Shown: one piece after another, positions 1 to 9,883 of the stretch
How the letters are laid out: every line of letters starts with the position of its first letter
How positions within the stretch are numbered: position 1 is the stretch's first letter
From: Bacteroidia bacterium
Lineage (GTDB): Bacteria; Bacteroidota; Bacteroidia; Bacteroidales; VadinHA17
DNA: 64,000 bases
NCBI GenBank assembly: GCA_026391215.1
Contig: JAPLDX010000090.1
Coordinates: forward strand, 1 to 64,000
Direction: 5' to 3'
The notes under the pieces: model-generated
What the model saw: the letters and a program-made list of their open reading frames with translations, nothing else
Database searches by the model: none
Told to the model about the DNA's origin: nothing
Program-made: the position numbers and the translations under genes

Positions 1-1290
1 TTTGAGATCCGGCATCGGTTTCCACAGCACGCTGGCTACCGGGAGCTTTGGCATATCGGGACATTTAACAACTTCCACATTGTTGACAATCATCCTGAAC
101 CTGTTTCCAAGGTCAATTACAGATACATTTATTCCTTTACCAGGTGTTGTTTTGAAGACAAGTCTTGCCGGGTCTGCCTTCCCTCCTATTGAAAGCTGAT
201 GTATTTCAACTGCCGGTTTACCTGATGCTATTGAAGGACAAACCTCAAGCATATGTGCTCCGAGAACCTTCATACCTGCAGGGTCAAAATGATAAGTATA
301 ATCTTCCATGAATGAAGTTCCTCCTTTGAGTCCCTGGGCCATAACTTTCATTGAACGTACGAGGGCTGCGGTTTTCCAGTCGCCTTCAGCACCGAATCCG
401 TATCCTTTGGCCATCAGGCGCTGTACTGCCAGTCCCGGCAGCTGCTTCAGGCCGTGAAGGTCTTCAAAGGTTGTCGTAAAAGCTTTGAAGTTTCCGGCTT
501 TGAGGAACACCTCCATTCCGGCTTCTATTCTTGCAGCTTCTTTAAGAGTATCTGAGGCGGCAACAGATTTAGTCATTTTGTAATCTGAACTATATTCGGC
601 AACCAGCTTTTTAACAGCAGTGGGAGAAACATAATTTACAGCTTTTACAAGGTCGCCAATACCATATCCATAAACTGAATATCCCATTTTCATCTGGGCA
701 CTGACCTTATTGCCTTCGGTTACGGCTACATCGCGCATGTTGTCGCCAAAGCGGGCAATCTTCATGTTCAGGGCATCATTATATGCAGCCGCAGCTCTTA
801 TCCAGACAGCTATTCGATCTACAGCTTCAGCATCCTGGTAATGACCAACGACAATTTTCCTGTTCAAGCGCATCCTGGCACCAATAAATCCGAATTCACG
901 GTCGCCGTGGGCAGACTGGTTCAGGTTCATGAAATTCATATCGATGGTTTCCCAGGGTATATCCCTGTTCAGCTGTGTGTGAAAATGTAGAAATGGCTTA
1001 TTCAGAACAGATAGCCCTTTTATCCACATTTTCGCCGGAGAGAATGTATGCATCCATGTTATCAGACCGATGCAATTCTTCGCATTGTTTGCTTCCGAGC
1101 ATATTTCGAATACCGATTCAGGTGTTGTAAGAACGGGTTTGAAGACAATCTTCTGCGATATTTTTGGTGACTTATCAAGCGCTGCTGCTATTTTTGCCGA
1201 ATCTGCAGCTACCTGCTTAAGTGTCTGAGGGCCATATAAATGCTGGCTTCCGGTTACGAACCAGACCTCTTTTGTTTTTAATTTATCCAT
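1..1290 (-). CDS. araA: L-arabinose isomerase (3' end runs off window start)
   Basis: Not in the ORF track because it is truncated. Manual translation from ATG at 1290 gives [20 protein letters not shown]...[14 protein letters not shown]...[16 protein letters not shown]...[12 protein letters not shown]...[12 protein letters not shown], all AraA hallmark motifs. An alternative in-frame ATG lies at 1311. Confidence 0.95.
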   Translation of the reverse strand, partial: MDKLKTKEVWFVTGSQHLYGPQTLKQVAADSAKIAAALDKSPKISQKIVFKPVLTTPESVFEICSEANNAKNCIGLITWMHTFSPAKMWIKGLSVLNKPFLHFHTQLNRDIPWETIDMNFMNLNQSAHGDREFGFIGARMRLNRKIVVGHYQDAEAVDRIAVWIRAAAAYNDALNMKIARFGDNMRDVAVTEGNKVSAQMKMGYSVYGYGIGDLVKAVNYVSPTAVKKLVAEYSSDYKMTKSVAASDTLKEAARIEAGMEVFLKAGNFKAFTTTFEDLHGLKQLPGLAVQRLMAKGYGFGAEGDWKTAALVRSMKVMAQGLKGGTSFMEDYTYHFDPAGMKVLGAHMLEVCPSIASGKPAVEIHQLSIGGKADPARLVFKTTPGKGINVSVIDLGNRFRMIVNNVEVVKCPDMPKLPVASVLWKPMPDLK

Positions 1291-1324
1291 CTCTATAAAT
1301 TTTAATTCCATTTCTTAATGATTT

Positions 1325-1364
1325 ACCCCTTTTCCGCCCCCCCGGGGGAGGGCCAGGGTGGGGT
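1325..1364. repeat. GC-rich REP-like palindromic element (partial copy)
   Basis: ACCCC...CCCCCCCGGGGGAGGGCCAGGGTGGGGT between the symporter and araA; resembles the other C-run/G-run hairpin elements in the window. Confidence 0.5.
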
Positions 1365-1372
1365 TTCTTATT

Positions 1373-3253
1373 CTACCAGAAATAAATATAGAAAGCTACA
1401 ATTATGCCCAGGATAATTATTGTGTGAACAATATCCCATTTATTCCAGCTTTCCCTGGTAGCTTTCTTTTCTTCCGGCGTAGCTGCCCCATAGGTAAATT
1501 TCAGTTGTTCTGCAGTAGGAGCCTTTGTCATAAAGCTTAATATAACCATCAGTGCCAGACAGAATAAGAATAGAAGCGAAGTATAATGATAAATATTAAT
1601 GGAAGCTATACTATAAATCACACCTCCTGTGTCAGCGTATTGAGCGTCTACTCCTGCTTTCACCTGGGCTATAAGCTCTGATGCGTGTGTTTTCCCTTCC
1701 AGAGTCAAGGTAGATAGTGCCTCTTTTGCCGCGTTTAATTTATCAGTAAGAGTTGCAGCCAGTTCTGGCGGGAAGGATTTCTGTATCTTATCCCCGATGG
1801 ATGTAATTTCATCTAATGTATCAGCTTTAGCACTTTCTGCATTGATATAAAGCACTGATTTTACCAATGATCCTACTTTCCCAACCAGACCGTAAATAAC
1901 ATTTAATGCGAGCCTGAACATTCCCAGGGTAAATCCGGATATCATACCCCAGAATGCAGCTTTTGATGTCATTCTTTTCCAGAATACTCCAAGAAGGAAC
2001 ACAGATGCAATTGCGGGTGCAAGCATACCCTGAACACCCTGAAGGTATTCATAGAGTACTTTACCAAGTCCAAGCATAACCGGTATCCACAATACACCAA
2101 GCACCACAACTGTGGCCGTTGCACCTCTTCCAATATTCAGATAATGTCCGGGTGACTGATTGGGGCGCATCTTCTTATAAAAGTCCTCTACGAAAAGCAT
2201 TGCTGATGAATTGAACAATGAAGCCAGGGAGCTCATAAGAGCAGCAAGCAGTCCGCAGACGACTATTCCCGTAATTCCTCTTGGCAGAAGGTCCGCAACC
2301 ATAGCAGCAAATGCTGAATCGCTGCTGCCGACCTGAAGAAGTCCTTTCTGGTTAAGCGCAAATGCGATCATACCCGGGATCAGGAATATAAAGACAGGCA
2401 ATAATTTATAGTACCCGGCAAGTATTGCACCCCGTCTTGATTGCTGCTGATTTCTGCCGGATAATACCCTTTGGACAATATACTGATCAGTGCACCAATA
2501 CCAGAAGCCGATAACTGCGGATGCAAGCAGTACTCCTGTCCACGGGAAATCCGGATCAGCTGCCGATCTTATAAGATGGATGTTATCACCCACGATATTT
2601 TGGACTTCAGCCCATCCTCCGACTTTTCCAAGCCCCACAATCAGAATTACGATTGAGCCAAACAACAGGACAGGTGTTTGCAGTACGGAAGTAGCCAGGA
2701 CGGCTTTCATTCCCCCTAATATGGTATATATACCTGTGATGGCTACAAGTCCTATTGCACTTACCCAGAAAAAATCGATCTCTTTTCCGAAGATGTTTAT
2801 CGATTCAATATTGAATACCTGGTCAAAAACCACCCCTCCTGCATATACGGTTACTGCAACTTTAGTAAGCACATAACTCACCAGCGAAATCCCGGAAAGT
2901 ATGCTCCTTGAACCCGGAGAAAAACGTTTTTCCAGGAACTCTGGCATTGTATACACTTTTATACGATCGTAAAAAGGTACAAAGACCCACCCAAGGATCA
3001 GAATAAACCACGCATGCATTTCCCAGTGGGCCATAGCCATGCCGCTGATAAAGCCCGCACCTGCCAGTCCAACCAGATGCTCCGAACCAATGTTGGAAGC
3101 GAAGATGGATGAACCTATGGAAAGCCATCCTGCATCTTTACTTGCCAGGAAGTAGTCGGTAGTATCTTTGTCTTTCTTGTATAATACCCAAACGATTATA
3201 CCAATCAATCCCAGAAAGAAAATGCCGAGAATAATCCAATCCAATGTTGCCAT
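1373..3253 (-). CDS. Sodium:solute symporter (SGLT/SSS family), probable L-arabinose/pentose transporter
   Basis: Motifs DYFLA, SIFASNIGSEHLVGLAG, YWCTDQYIVQRVL, LAALMSSLASLFNS; directly upstream of araA. Confidence 0.92.
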   Translation of the reverse strand: MATLDWIILGIFFLGLIGIIVWVLYKKDKDTTDYFLASKDAGWLSIGSSIFASNIGSEHLVGLAGAGFISGMAMAHWEMHAWFILILGWVFVPFYDRIKVYTMPEFLEKRFSPGSRSILSGISLVSYVLTKVAVTVYAGGVVFDQVFNIESINIFGKEIDFFWVSAIGLVAITGIYTILGGMKAVLATSVLQTPVLLFGSIVILIVGLGKVGGWAEVQNIVGDNIHLIRSAADPDFPWTGVLLASAVIGFWYWCTDQYIVQRVLSGRNQQQSRRGAILAGYYKLLPVFIFLIPGMIAFALNQKGLLQVGSSDSAFAAMVADLLPRGITGIVVCGLLAALMSSLASLFNSSAMLFVEDFYKKMRPNQSPGHYLNIGRGATATVVVLGVLWIPVMLGLGKVLYEYLQGVQGMLAPAIASVFLLGVFWKRMTSKAAFWGMISGFTLGMFRLALNVIYGLVGKVGSLVKSVLYINAESAKADTLDEITSIGDKIQKSFPPELAATLTDKLNAAKEALSTLTLEGKTHASELIAQVKAGVDAQYADTGGVIYSIASINIYHYTSLLFLFCLALMVILSFMTKAPTAEQLKFTYGAATPEEKKATRESWNKWDIVHTIIILGIIVAFYIYFW

Positions 3254-3353
3254 ATAAAGCGGTTTAAGTTATGATTTATGTTATCAGGTTATTTTTGCCG
3301 GGTTTCTACGCTTTCCCTTCCTCTTTACAAATCTATAAAATTATTTTTTATTA

Positions 3354-3370
3354 AATGTAAAATTTACACT
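3354..3370. promoter_or_regulatory. Palindromic operator candidate (AraR/NrtR-like) upstream of the symporter-araA operon
   Basis: TGTAAA-A-TTTACA perfect palindrome at 3356-3368 (TGT-N7-ACA). It lies just upstream of a minus-strand Bacteroidota -7 box TAGATTTG (3328-3335). Similarity to the Bacteroides AraR motif is from recall only. Confidence 0.5.
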
Positions 3371-3459
3371 CAAAAAACAGGGCATTCAGAGTAAAATAAT
3401 ATATACAAGAAATGGACTGATTAAAGTCCTGCTTAACAATGACTTACCTTATAAGCAAT

Positions 3460-4251
3460 TTATAATTTCTGCCATTCATTCAGCGACGATTGGATAAAAT
3501 CGATAATTTTCTGATTTTCGTCCTTGCCGGATCCTGTTACTTCAAATGGCTTGCCGAATTTTATAAAGATCGCTTTATGCCTATCGATCGGGCCAAGTTC
3601 CTTAATGATTTTCCCCTGTCCCCAGAAATCGGTTTTCAATGCCATTGGGACAACCTTAACACCTGCCTTTTTTGCCAGTTTTACTCCCAGAGTGTTGAAA
3701 TCCTCAGGCTTGAATTCAATGCTTCTTGTGCTCTGCGGAAAAATTATGATTGAAATACCTTTTGACAAAAGTTCCAGACCTTCGTTCAATACTACCTCAA
3801 GATCTTTCCTTGGATCTGTCCTTCCGACAACAATCGGATCCCTGGATCTCATGACATCTCCAAAAAGAGGATGGCTGACCAGGCTTTCCTTGACAACAAA
3901 AGTGACTCTCCTGTGAGGTGCAATTATAGCCGGAAGCACCATCGTTTCAAGAGTGCTCATATGATTCCCTATAAAGAGAACAGGGTCAGGTGTTTCTGCT
4001 ATATGCTCCATCCCCGAAATATGAAATTTCCCGCCCGTCTTTTCGATGATTCTGAAAATAAAATCTGATGAATCAGCCCATGCAATATCATCATAAGAGC
4101 CCATTATGGCTTCCTTACGTGACCTGAAGACAATCCGGGCATATTTCAGGGTAAAGTAAAGCCGGTTATTTAACCGGAATCTCTCCCAAAGGCTAAGCTT
4201 TCCTTTGTCAGGTGTGTCATATATTGATGATCCAAAATAACCTTTTCCCAT
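3460..4251 (-). CDS. 1-acyl-sn-glycerol-3-phosphate (lysophospholipid) acyltransferase, PlsC family
   Basis: NHMSTLET (HX4E variant), FVVKESL, IFPQSTRS motifs. Confidence 0.85.
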   Translation of the reverse strand: MGKGYFGSSIYDTPDKGKLSLWERFRLNNRLYFTLKYARIVFRSRKEAIMGSYDDIAWADSSDFIFRIIEKTGGKFHISGMEHIAETPDPVLFIGNHMSTLETMVLPAIIAPHRRVTFVVKESLVSHPLFGDVMRSRDPIVVGRTDPRKDLEVVLNEGLELLSKGISIIIFPQSTRSIEFKPEDFNTLGVKLAKKAGVKVVPMALKTDFWGQGKIIKELGPIDRHKAIFIKFGKPFEVTGSGKDENQKIIDFIQSSLNEWQKL

Positions 4252-4432
4252 TAAAAATGTAAAAAGTGGTAAACAGAGATAAGAATTTTCAAATTGTCTT
4301 ACTTGTAAAGTTATAATTCATTTCAAAATTACAATGTATTTTTTATGAACCTGAACAGAGGCAGATAAAAATATTGGTAGTAAATTTAGTCATTCATTTC
4401 AGGTTTCGTTTGCCTGTTAACAAACTAATCCC

Positions 4433-4628
4433 ATGAAGCTCTCTTTACTGGATGCAATTGTCTTTTTTGTACTCACATTCGGGAATATATTTATCGGAGC
4501 AAGCTTTTACTGAAGTAAAAAGCCTTGCTTTCAGAAGTCCGTTCCACAGCAATCTGACGATTGTGTTCGGAACGATGATAATTTTTCTCGCTGGATTTCT
4601 ATTGACCAAAATAATCAGAAATAAATGA
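4433..4628 (+). pseudogene. Collapsed remnant of a sodium:solute symporter (N-terminus joined out of frame to C-terminus)
   Basis: ATG at 4433 gives MKLSLLDAIVFFVLTFGNIFIGASFY-stop, like SSS first TM helices. Another frame from 4512 gives EVKSLAFRSPFHSNLTIVFGTMIIFLAGFLLTKIIRNK-stop, like a last TM helix. It lies directly upstream of a sialidase-like gene. Confidence 0.55.
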
Positions 4629-4645
4629 CCAAATTATATCTTTTT

Positions 4646-4717
4646 TCACCCCCCGACCCGCCTAAAGGGGGGCTAAATAGCATATACAATTTCACCTCCC
4701 TTCAGGGGGGCAGGGGG
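4646..4717. repeat. REP-like double-hairpin element
   Basis: CACCCCCCGACCCGCCTAAAGGGGGGCT, an AT-rich spacer, then CCTCCCTTCAGGGGGGCAGGGGG. Confidence 0.7.
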
Positions 4718-4729
4718 ATTTTTAGGTTA

Positions 4730-5794
4730 GTGAAAATAAAATCCTTAATCACTTTTACATTCTTATTAATCAACATGTTACAAGTAACTGCCCAATATAA
4801 GGGTGATCAATGTATTGTTAAATCCGAATTCATCTATCAACCGGGAGAAGTGTCGTTCCCTTCATGTCATGCCTCAACGATAGTACAGACCGAAAAGGAA
4901 CTTCTGGCAGCATGGTTTGGAGGTACAGCCGAAAGGAATCCTGATGTAGGTATATGGATAAGCAGGTATAGAAAAGGTATCTGGAGCAAACCAGTTGAGG
5001 TTGCTGACGGGATCCAGCATAAAGACAAGCGTTATCCATGCTGGAATCCTGTTCTCTATAATACAGGAAAAGAAATTCTGCTTTTTTATAAAGCTGGCCC
5101 CAGTCCGTCAGCATGGTGGGGCGAATTAATTACATCTGATGATGGAGGGAAGACATGGTCGCAACCTTGCAGATTACCGGAAGATATCATTGGACCTGTG
5201 AAGAACAAGCCATTACTGCTAAAAAACGGATATCTGCTTTGTCCCTCAAGCACTGAAAATGAAGGATGGAGGGTTCATATGGAACTCACATCAGACAATG
5301 GACGGACCTGGGAAAGGACCCCTGCCCTCAATGACAGGAATACAGGAGCCATACAGCCGGCAATTTTATTCCATTCGGGGAGCAGGCTCCAGATCCTGTG
5401 CCGCAGTAAAGTATTTAAAGTGCTGTCATCATGGTCAGATGATAATGGCCGGACGTGGAGTGAGCTCACCCCGATCGCAATCCCGAATCCGAATTCCGGG
5501 ATTGATGCCGTTTCTCTCATGGACGGCAGGCATCTTCTGGTATATAATCACCTGAAAAGCGGACGAAATATGCTGAATGTTGCCGTTTCTGAAAACGGCA
5601 CTGACTGGTTAGCTGCTGTGCTCCTTGAAGATGATCAGGAAGGAACTGAATTTTCGTATCCGGCTGTTATACAAACAGCTGACGGCCTGGTCCATATAAC
5701 ATATACATGGAACCGTAAACAGATAAAGCATGTAATAATTGATCCTTCAAAAATTCAGTCCATAGCTCTACTTGGCGAAGAATGGCCAAGATAG
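4730..5794 (+). CDS. Secreted BNR/Asp-box sialidase-like beta-propeller protein (GH33-like)
   Basis: Asp boxes SDDGGKTW, TSDNGRTW, SDDNGRTW; CHASTI, GPVKNKP, PNPNSGID, FSYPAVIQ. Start moved from 4625 to the in-frame GTG at 4730, because the first 35 codons are read through the repeat and a signal peptide follows 4730. Confidence 0.85.
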   Translation: MKIKSLITFTFLLINMLQVTAQYKGDQCIVKSEFIYQPGEVSFPSCHASTIVQTEKELLAAWFGGTAERNPDVGIWISRYRKGIWSKPVEVADGIQHKDKRYPCWNPVLYNTGKEILLFYKAGPSPSAWWGELITSDDGGKTWSQPCRLPEDIIGPVKNKPLLLKNGYLLCPSSTENEGWRVHMELTSDNGRTWERTPALNDRNTGAIQPAILFHSGSRLQILCRSKVFKVLSSWSDDNGRTWSELTPIAIPNPNSGIDAVSLMDGRHLLVYNHLKSGRNMLNVAVSENGTDWLAAVLLEDDQEGTEFSYPAVIQTADGLVHITYTWNRKQIKHVIIDPSKIQSIALLGEEWPR

Positions 5795-6883
5795 AATATC
5801 CTCTATAATCAGCTCTTTTCTTTTATATGGCAACAAAAACTCTTCTAGAGGTACAGGGTTATGGGCTCTTGCCCATTCCTGAGTGAGAACGTACTGCTCC
5901 TGGGAATTACTAAAATTCATCAAGAAAAAATCCTTTTCGAAATCAGGAATCCACACGAATGTCCGTGCCCGCAGTTCAGGCGCTTCTTTTTCAAAAGCCT
6001 GAAGTCCTTTTATAATTCCCTTCTTGAGGATATTTTCGAGAGATATACCTATTCTATCAAAGATCTTTCTGTCTTTAATCCCAAAGTCCGCAAGCTCCTG
6101 GCCTACTTCGGGAATGCTGTCGCTTTTCCTGCTTATTACATACACTTTTTCCACACCTATACCTCTGAACTTTTCAAATTCCAGGAGAGAATGAAATGGG
6201 ACATGATCATCACCCACACCGCCATCGATATATTCGATATCAGGAATTGTGCTGACATTTCTAATTCTTACTGGTGGAAACGCAACAGGGAAAGCCGAAG
6301 AAGCCATCATGATATCGACTAAACTCAGGGTTGTATCAGTTTCTTCGTTTATCTTGCGGCTACACATCCGATAGACTCTTTTTTTCAGGTACAGATCCTT
6401 AACATTTGTAAAGGATATTTCAGTCATAAAAGGCAGATCGCCGATCTGGTGGTAATTAAGTCTGCCCTCGACAATCCTGGTATAAAGTTCCCTGGCCGGT
6501 TCTGTGCTTACAGGAAGTTTCTTGCCTTCCTGAATAAAGATATCCTTGTTTCTCAGGCTGAAAAGAATTTCTTTGTATTCCTTCCAGGTCATTTTGCCAC
6601 TTAAAATACCGTTCAGCATTACTGCATTCAGGGCACCGGAACTTACGCCTGAAATGAAGACCACATTTTTCAGGAGACCTCTTCTGTAAAGCTCTTCAAG
6701 CAGAGCGGCTTCCTGTGGAATCCGGGCGGCAGCGCCAGTCATTATGACAGCGACTCCGTTGCGCTTCTCCTTCAGTTGCGGTTCCGTAAGAAGCTGCTGT
6801 CCCCTTGCTTCACTTATAACGAGCAAAAAGAAAAGGGAAGAAGCTGAAAGGCAGATCCATTTCAACTTATTCATACTAAACAC
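5768..6883 (-). CDS. Patatin-like phospholipase
   Basis: TGAAAR (Gly-loop variant), GVSSG nucleophile elbow, ASSAFP and DGG motifs; signal peptide. Confidence 0.85.
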   Translation of the reverse strand: MFSMNKLKWICLSASSLFFLLVISEARGQQLLTEPQLKEKRNGVAVIMTGAAARIPQEAALLEELYRRGLLKNVVFISGVSSGALNAVMLNGILSGKMTWKEYKEILFSLRNKDIFIQEGKKLPVSTEPARELYTRIVEGRLNYHQIGDLPFMTEISFTNVKDLYLKKRVYRMCSRKINEETDTTLSLVDIMMASSAFPVAFPPVRIRNVSTIPDIEYIDGGVGDDHVPFHSLLEFEKFRGIGVEKVYVISRKSDSIPEVGQELADFGIKDRKIFDRIGISLENILKKGIIKGLQAFEKEAPELRARTFVWIPDFEKDFFLMNFSNSQEQYVLTQEWARAHNPVPLEEFLLPYKRKELIIEDILSWPFFAK

Positions 6884-6926
6884 AATTTGTTACCGGCAAT
6901 AAATTTAAGATTTTTTCAGGCATGTG

Positions 6927-8186
6927 TTACCTGTTGAAAAATGGAAGAACAATCAAGGCGAGAGAAAGCAAAGCAAGAATTATAACTGCGCTCCATCCAA
7001 TAATGTTTGAGGTTGATCCATTGATGTAGGATCCCATAATTTTCTTCTTATTAATAAGGATCATCATGCTTATAAGGACTACCGGCAGGAGAATACCATT
7101 AATGACCTGTGACCAGAGAGAAATTTTTATCAGCGGGGCATTCGGAACAAGTATTATAATGGCTGAGATTACCAGGATACCTGTATAAAGAATATAGAAT
7201 TCCTGGGCTTCATCCCACTTCTTGTCAAGGCCAGCTTCAAAGCCAAAAGCTTCACAGACAAAAAAGGCAGTTGCCAGCGGTAAAATAGTCGCTGAAAAAA
7301 TTGATGCAATAAAGAGACCGAAAGCAAAGACCTGTGATGCAAGGTTGCCGGCAAGAGGTTTCAGGGAAAGAGCCGCATCTTTTGCCTCATTAATCACTAT
7401 CCCGTTAGGATGGAGGGTTGATGCGCAAGCCACCATAATAAAGAATGCCACGACGACAGTAACTACACATCCTACAATAATATCAGCAAGGGTATATTTG
7501 TAGTTCTTCATTTTCAAACCCTTTTCAATCACTGACGACTGCATGTAAAATTGCATCCAAGGAGCGATGGTCGTCCCGACAAGTCCTATTACCATAGCCA
7601 TGCTTTTAGTGCTGATCTCCATTTTCGGATGGACGATTGCTGATCCGATTGCACCCCAATCAGGTTTGCCCATTATCGCAGAAACCACGTAGGCAAGAAG
7701 TGATAGACTGAATATCAGAAAGATCCGCTCTGCGATCTTATAAGTGCCTTTAACTACGAGTATCCATACAAGAACTGCCACAACCGGGACAGAGATATAT
7801 TTGCTGACTCCAAAAACCTCCATGCTGCCCGCAACGCCTGCAAACTCAGTTGTGGTGTTGCCAATTCCTGAAAGGAGGAGACCTATAAAGATCAGGAATG
7901 TAATTTTTATTCCTGCGTTTTCCCGTATCAGGTCAGCAAGCCCCTTGCCGGTCACAATCCCCATCCTGGCATTCATTTCCTGGATGACTACAAGAACGAT
8001 AAATGAAGGTATCAGAGTCCAGATAAGACCGTACCCGTAAAGTGCTCCGGCCACAGAATATGTGGTTATCCCCCCTGCGTCGTTATCGACACTGCCTGTT
8101 ATGATCCCCGGTCCCAGGATCATAAAGAATATAGCCAGTTTTCTGAATATATTCCTTCTGCTTATTCCAATTTTCAACCCGGCCAT
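6927..8186 (-). CDS. Nramp-related divalent metal transporter (Mg2+-type clade that accompanies MgtE-N/CBS proteins)
   Basis: GPGIITGSVDNDAGGITTYS and GTTIAPWMQFY motifs; about 11 TM segments. Confidence 0.88.
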   Translation of the reverse strand: MAGLKIGISRRNIFRKLAIFFMILGPGIITGSVDNDAGGITTYSVAGALYGYGLIWTLIPSFIVLVVIQEMNARMGIVTGKGLADLIRENAGIKITFLIFIGLLLSGIGNTTTEFAGVAGSMEVFGVSKYISVPVVAVLVWILVVKGTYKIAERIFLIFSLSLLAYVVSAIMGKPDWGAIGSAIVHPKMEISTKSMAMVIGLVGTTIAPWMQFYMQSSVIEKGLKMKNYKYTLADIIVGCVVTVVVAFFIMVACASTLHPNGIVINEAKDAALSLKPLAGNLASQVFAFGLFIASIFSATILPLATAFFVCEAFGFEAGLDKKWDEAQEFYILYTGILVISAIIILVPNAPLIKISLWSQVINGILLPVVLISMMILINKKKIMGSYINGSTSNIIGWSAVIILALLSLALIVLPFFNR

Positions 8187-8195
8187 GGTCCCTTT

Positions 8196-9473
8196 TTATT
8201 TTCTTTTCCTGGTTCTCCTTTCGCTAATGAGGTCTTCGACAACATCATCCACCACCACCATTCCCTGCAGTTGTTCATTCTTATCAATGACCGGGACGGC
8301 AAGGAGGTTGTATTTAGATACTAATTCTGCAATATCTTTGGTTTTCTGGTCGTCAAATAATGAAACAGGTTCCGATTTCATTATTGTATTAATCTTTGTA
8401 TCAGGCTCAGCTACAACAAGATCGCGAAGATTAAAGGTTCCTATAAGTTTATCATCTTTTTCAGTGACAAACATATTATAGAGCTCAGCTGATTCAGGTT
8501 TCTTTGCCCGCAGCTCACGAAGGACTTCTTCTACAGTTTTTGTCGCACTGAAAGAAAGATAATCTGTCGTCATGATACTGCCTACCAGGTCATCGTCATA
8601 CTCAAGCAGTTCCCTTACTTCCTGTGATGATTCTGCCTCCATCTCTTTCAACAGCAGTTCAGCCTTATCATCCTCCAGCTCATCAAGGAGATCTGCGACC
8701 TCATCGGCAGGCATTTTTTCAAGAACATCCGCGACCTTATTGACAGGAAGACTTTCTACTATATGGATCTGGGCATTTGTTTCCAGTTCTTCGAGAACAT
8801 CTGCAGCTTTTTCCTCATCAAGGGCCGAGAAAACCGAGGTGCTTGATTTTTTGCCAAGGTCCTCCAGAATATCTGCAAGGTCGGACGGGTGAAGCGTATG
8901 AAGCTTTGCATAGCTTTTTGAAAGCTTGATATTCAGGTTGGAAAAATCTATTGCCTGGACATCATCCCAGAGGATGAACTTTGCAGGTATATTTATTTTA
9001 AAGAGAGAAAGCACTCTTTTAATAGGTATAGACAGGCCTATTCTTCTTAATAAACCTTCAATACCTATATCGACTGCAATGGCAAAAGTACCAGCAGGCA
9101 GGGTTGCCAGCCTGACATCATTGACCCTTACAAGCTTTCGCCCGTTAAGATCCACTATCTGCTTATCCAGGATATTTTCATCGAGTAACAATCCGTTGTC
9201 AACCTCATCTTTGTTCAGCTCAATCAGGTCCGTGCATGTTACATTGATCATCTCCCGAGCTTTTGACACCCTGAAATACTTGAAAGAATAGAATTTTATA
9301 TCCCTTCCGATCTTCAGTTTTACGCCAATGACAAGCTGCTGATTCGGTTCACTCTGTCCTGAAGGAACAGCATTGACAAGCAGATCCTTGATTACACCAA
9401 TGGCATCGCCATCAGAACCAAAAGCTTCTTTGCCTAATATTCCGCTTAAATAAAATGTTGTTAGTGAAGTCAT
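8196..9473 (-). CDS. MgtE intracellular N-domain + CBS-pair protein with N-terminal PRC-barrel, no TM domain
   Basis: LDKQIVDLNGRKLVRVNDV, LHPSDLADILEDL, acidic MgtE-N repeats, VGSIMTTDY, CBS pair. Start set at ATG 9473 because the GTG at 9479 is part of the SD AGGAGGTGA. Confidence 0.88.
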   Translation of the reverse strand: MTSLTTFYLSGILGKEAFGSDGDAIGVIKDLLVNAVPSGQSEPNQQLVIGVKLKIGRDIKFYSFKYFRVSKAREMINVTCTDLIELNKDEVDNGLLLDENILDKQIVDLNGRKLVRVNDVRLATLPAGTFAIAVDIGIEGLLRRIGLSIPIKRVLSLFKINIPAKFILWDDVQAIDFSNLNIKLSKSYAKLHTLHPSDLADILEDLGKKSSTSVFSALDEEKAADVLEELETNAQIHIVESLPVNKVADVLEKMPADEVADLLDELEDDKAELLLKEMEAESSQEVRELLEYDDDLVGSIMTTDYLSFSATKTVEEVLRELRAKKPESAELYNMFVTEKDDKLIGTFNLRDLVVAEPDTKINTIMKSEPVSLFDDQKTKDIAELVSKYNLLAVPVIDKNEQLQGMVVVDDVVEDLISERRTRKRK

Positions 9474-9577
9474 AGTCACCTCCTTTCTGCTTATGATACA
9501 GCAGGAAGTGACCGGGAGAACCGGCTACCCTTCTGTATCAGGATTCAGATTAATATTTCCGCCGGATAGTCGTCCAT
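9474..9577 (-). promoter_or_regulatory. Putative leader-peptide translational attenuator (uORF MDDYPAEILI at 9577-9545 plus alternative hairpins over the SD)
   Basis: The minus strand reads ATG GAC GAC TAT CCG GCG GAA ATA TTA ATC TGA atcc TGATACAG...CCGG ttctc CCGG TCACTTCCTGCTGTATCA taAGCAGaaAGGAGGTGActATG, allowing two mutually exclusive pairings. Confidence 0.6.
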
Positions 9578-9689
9578 TTAATTTTATAAATTGATTGCAG
9601 GCGTAAAAATAAAATTCAAAACAATACTTTCCAAATAAATTTCAAAAAAGAATAAACTTTAAATTAAAAATATTTTTTATTTCTTTTAC

Positions 9690-9870
9690 ATGTACTCATC
9701 CCCTCTACTTCTTGTTTTCATCGGCCTCATCCCCCTGGCCCCCTTCTCCCAAGAGAGAAGGGGGAATTATTTATTATACAACAACTTAGCTCTCCCTCCC
9801 TCTTGGGGGAGGGGGTTGGGGGGAGAGGTCAGAAGAAGTAGAGAGGAGGAAAAGAAGGGGGTGAGTGCGT
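9690..9870. repeat. REP-like nested palindromic element
   Basis: Inner hairpins CCCCTTCTC-CCAAGA-GAGAAGGGG and CCCTCCC-TCTTGG-GGGAGGG; outer arms ATGTACTCATCCCC...GGGGGTGAGTGCGT. Confidence 0.75.
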
Positions 9871-9883
9871 GAGATAAAATGAA

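Noticed and set aside
9474-9600. M-box (ykoK) or yybP-ykoY riboswitch
   Set aside because: The leader is short and I could not find the conserved cores of those families; the uORF plus alternative hairpins fits better.
9690-9872. 60-aa ORF MYSSPLLLV...
   Set aside because: It is a translation of the REP-like palindromic element.
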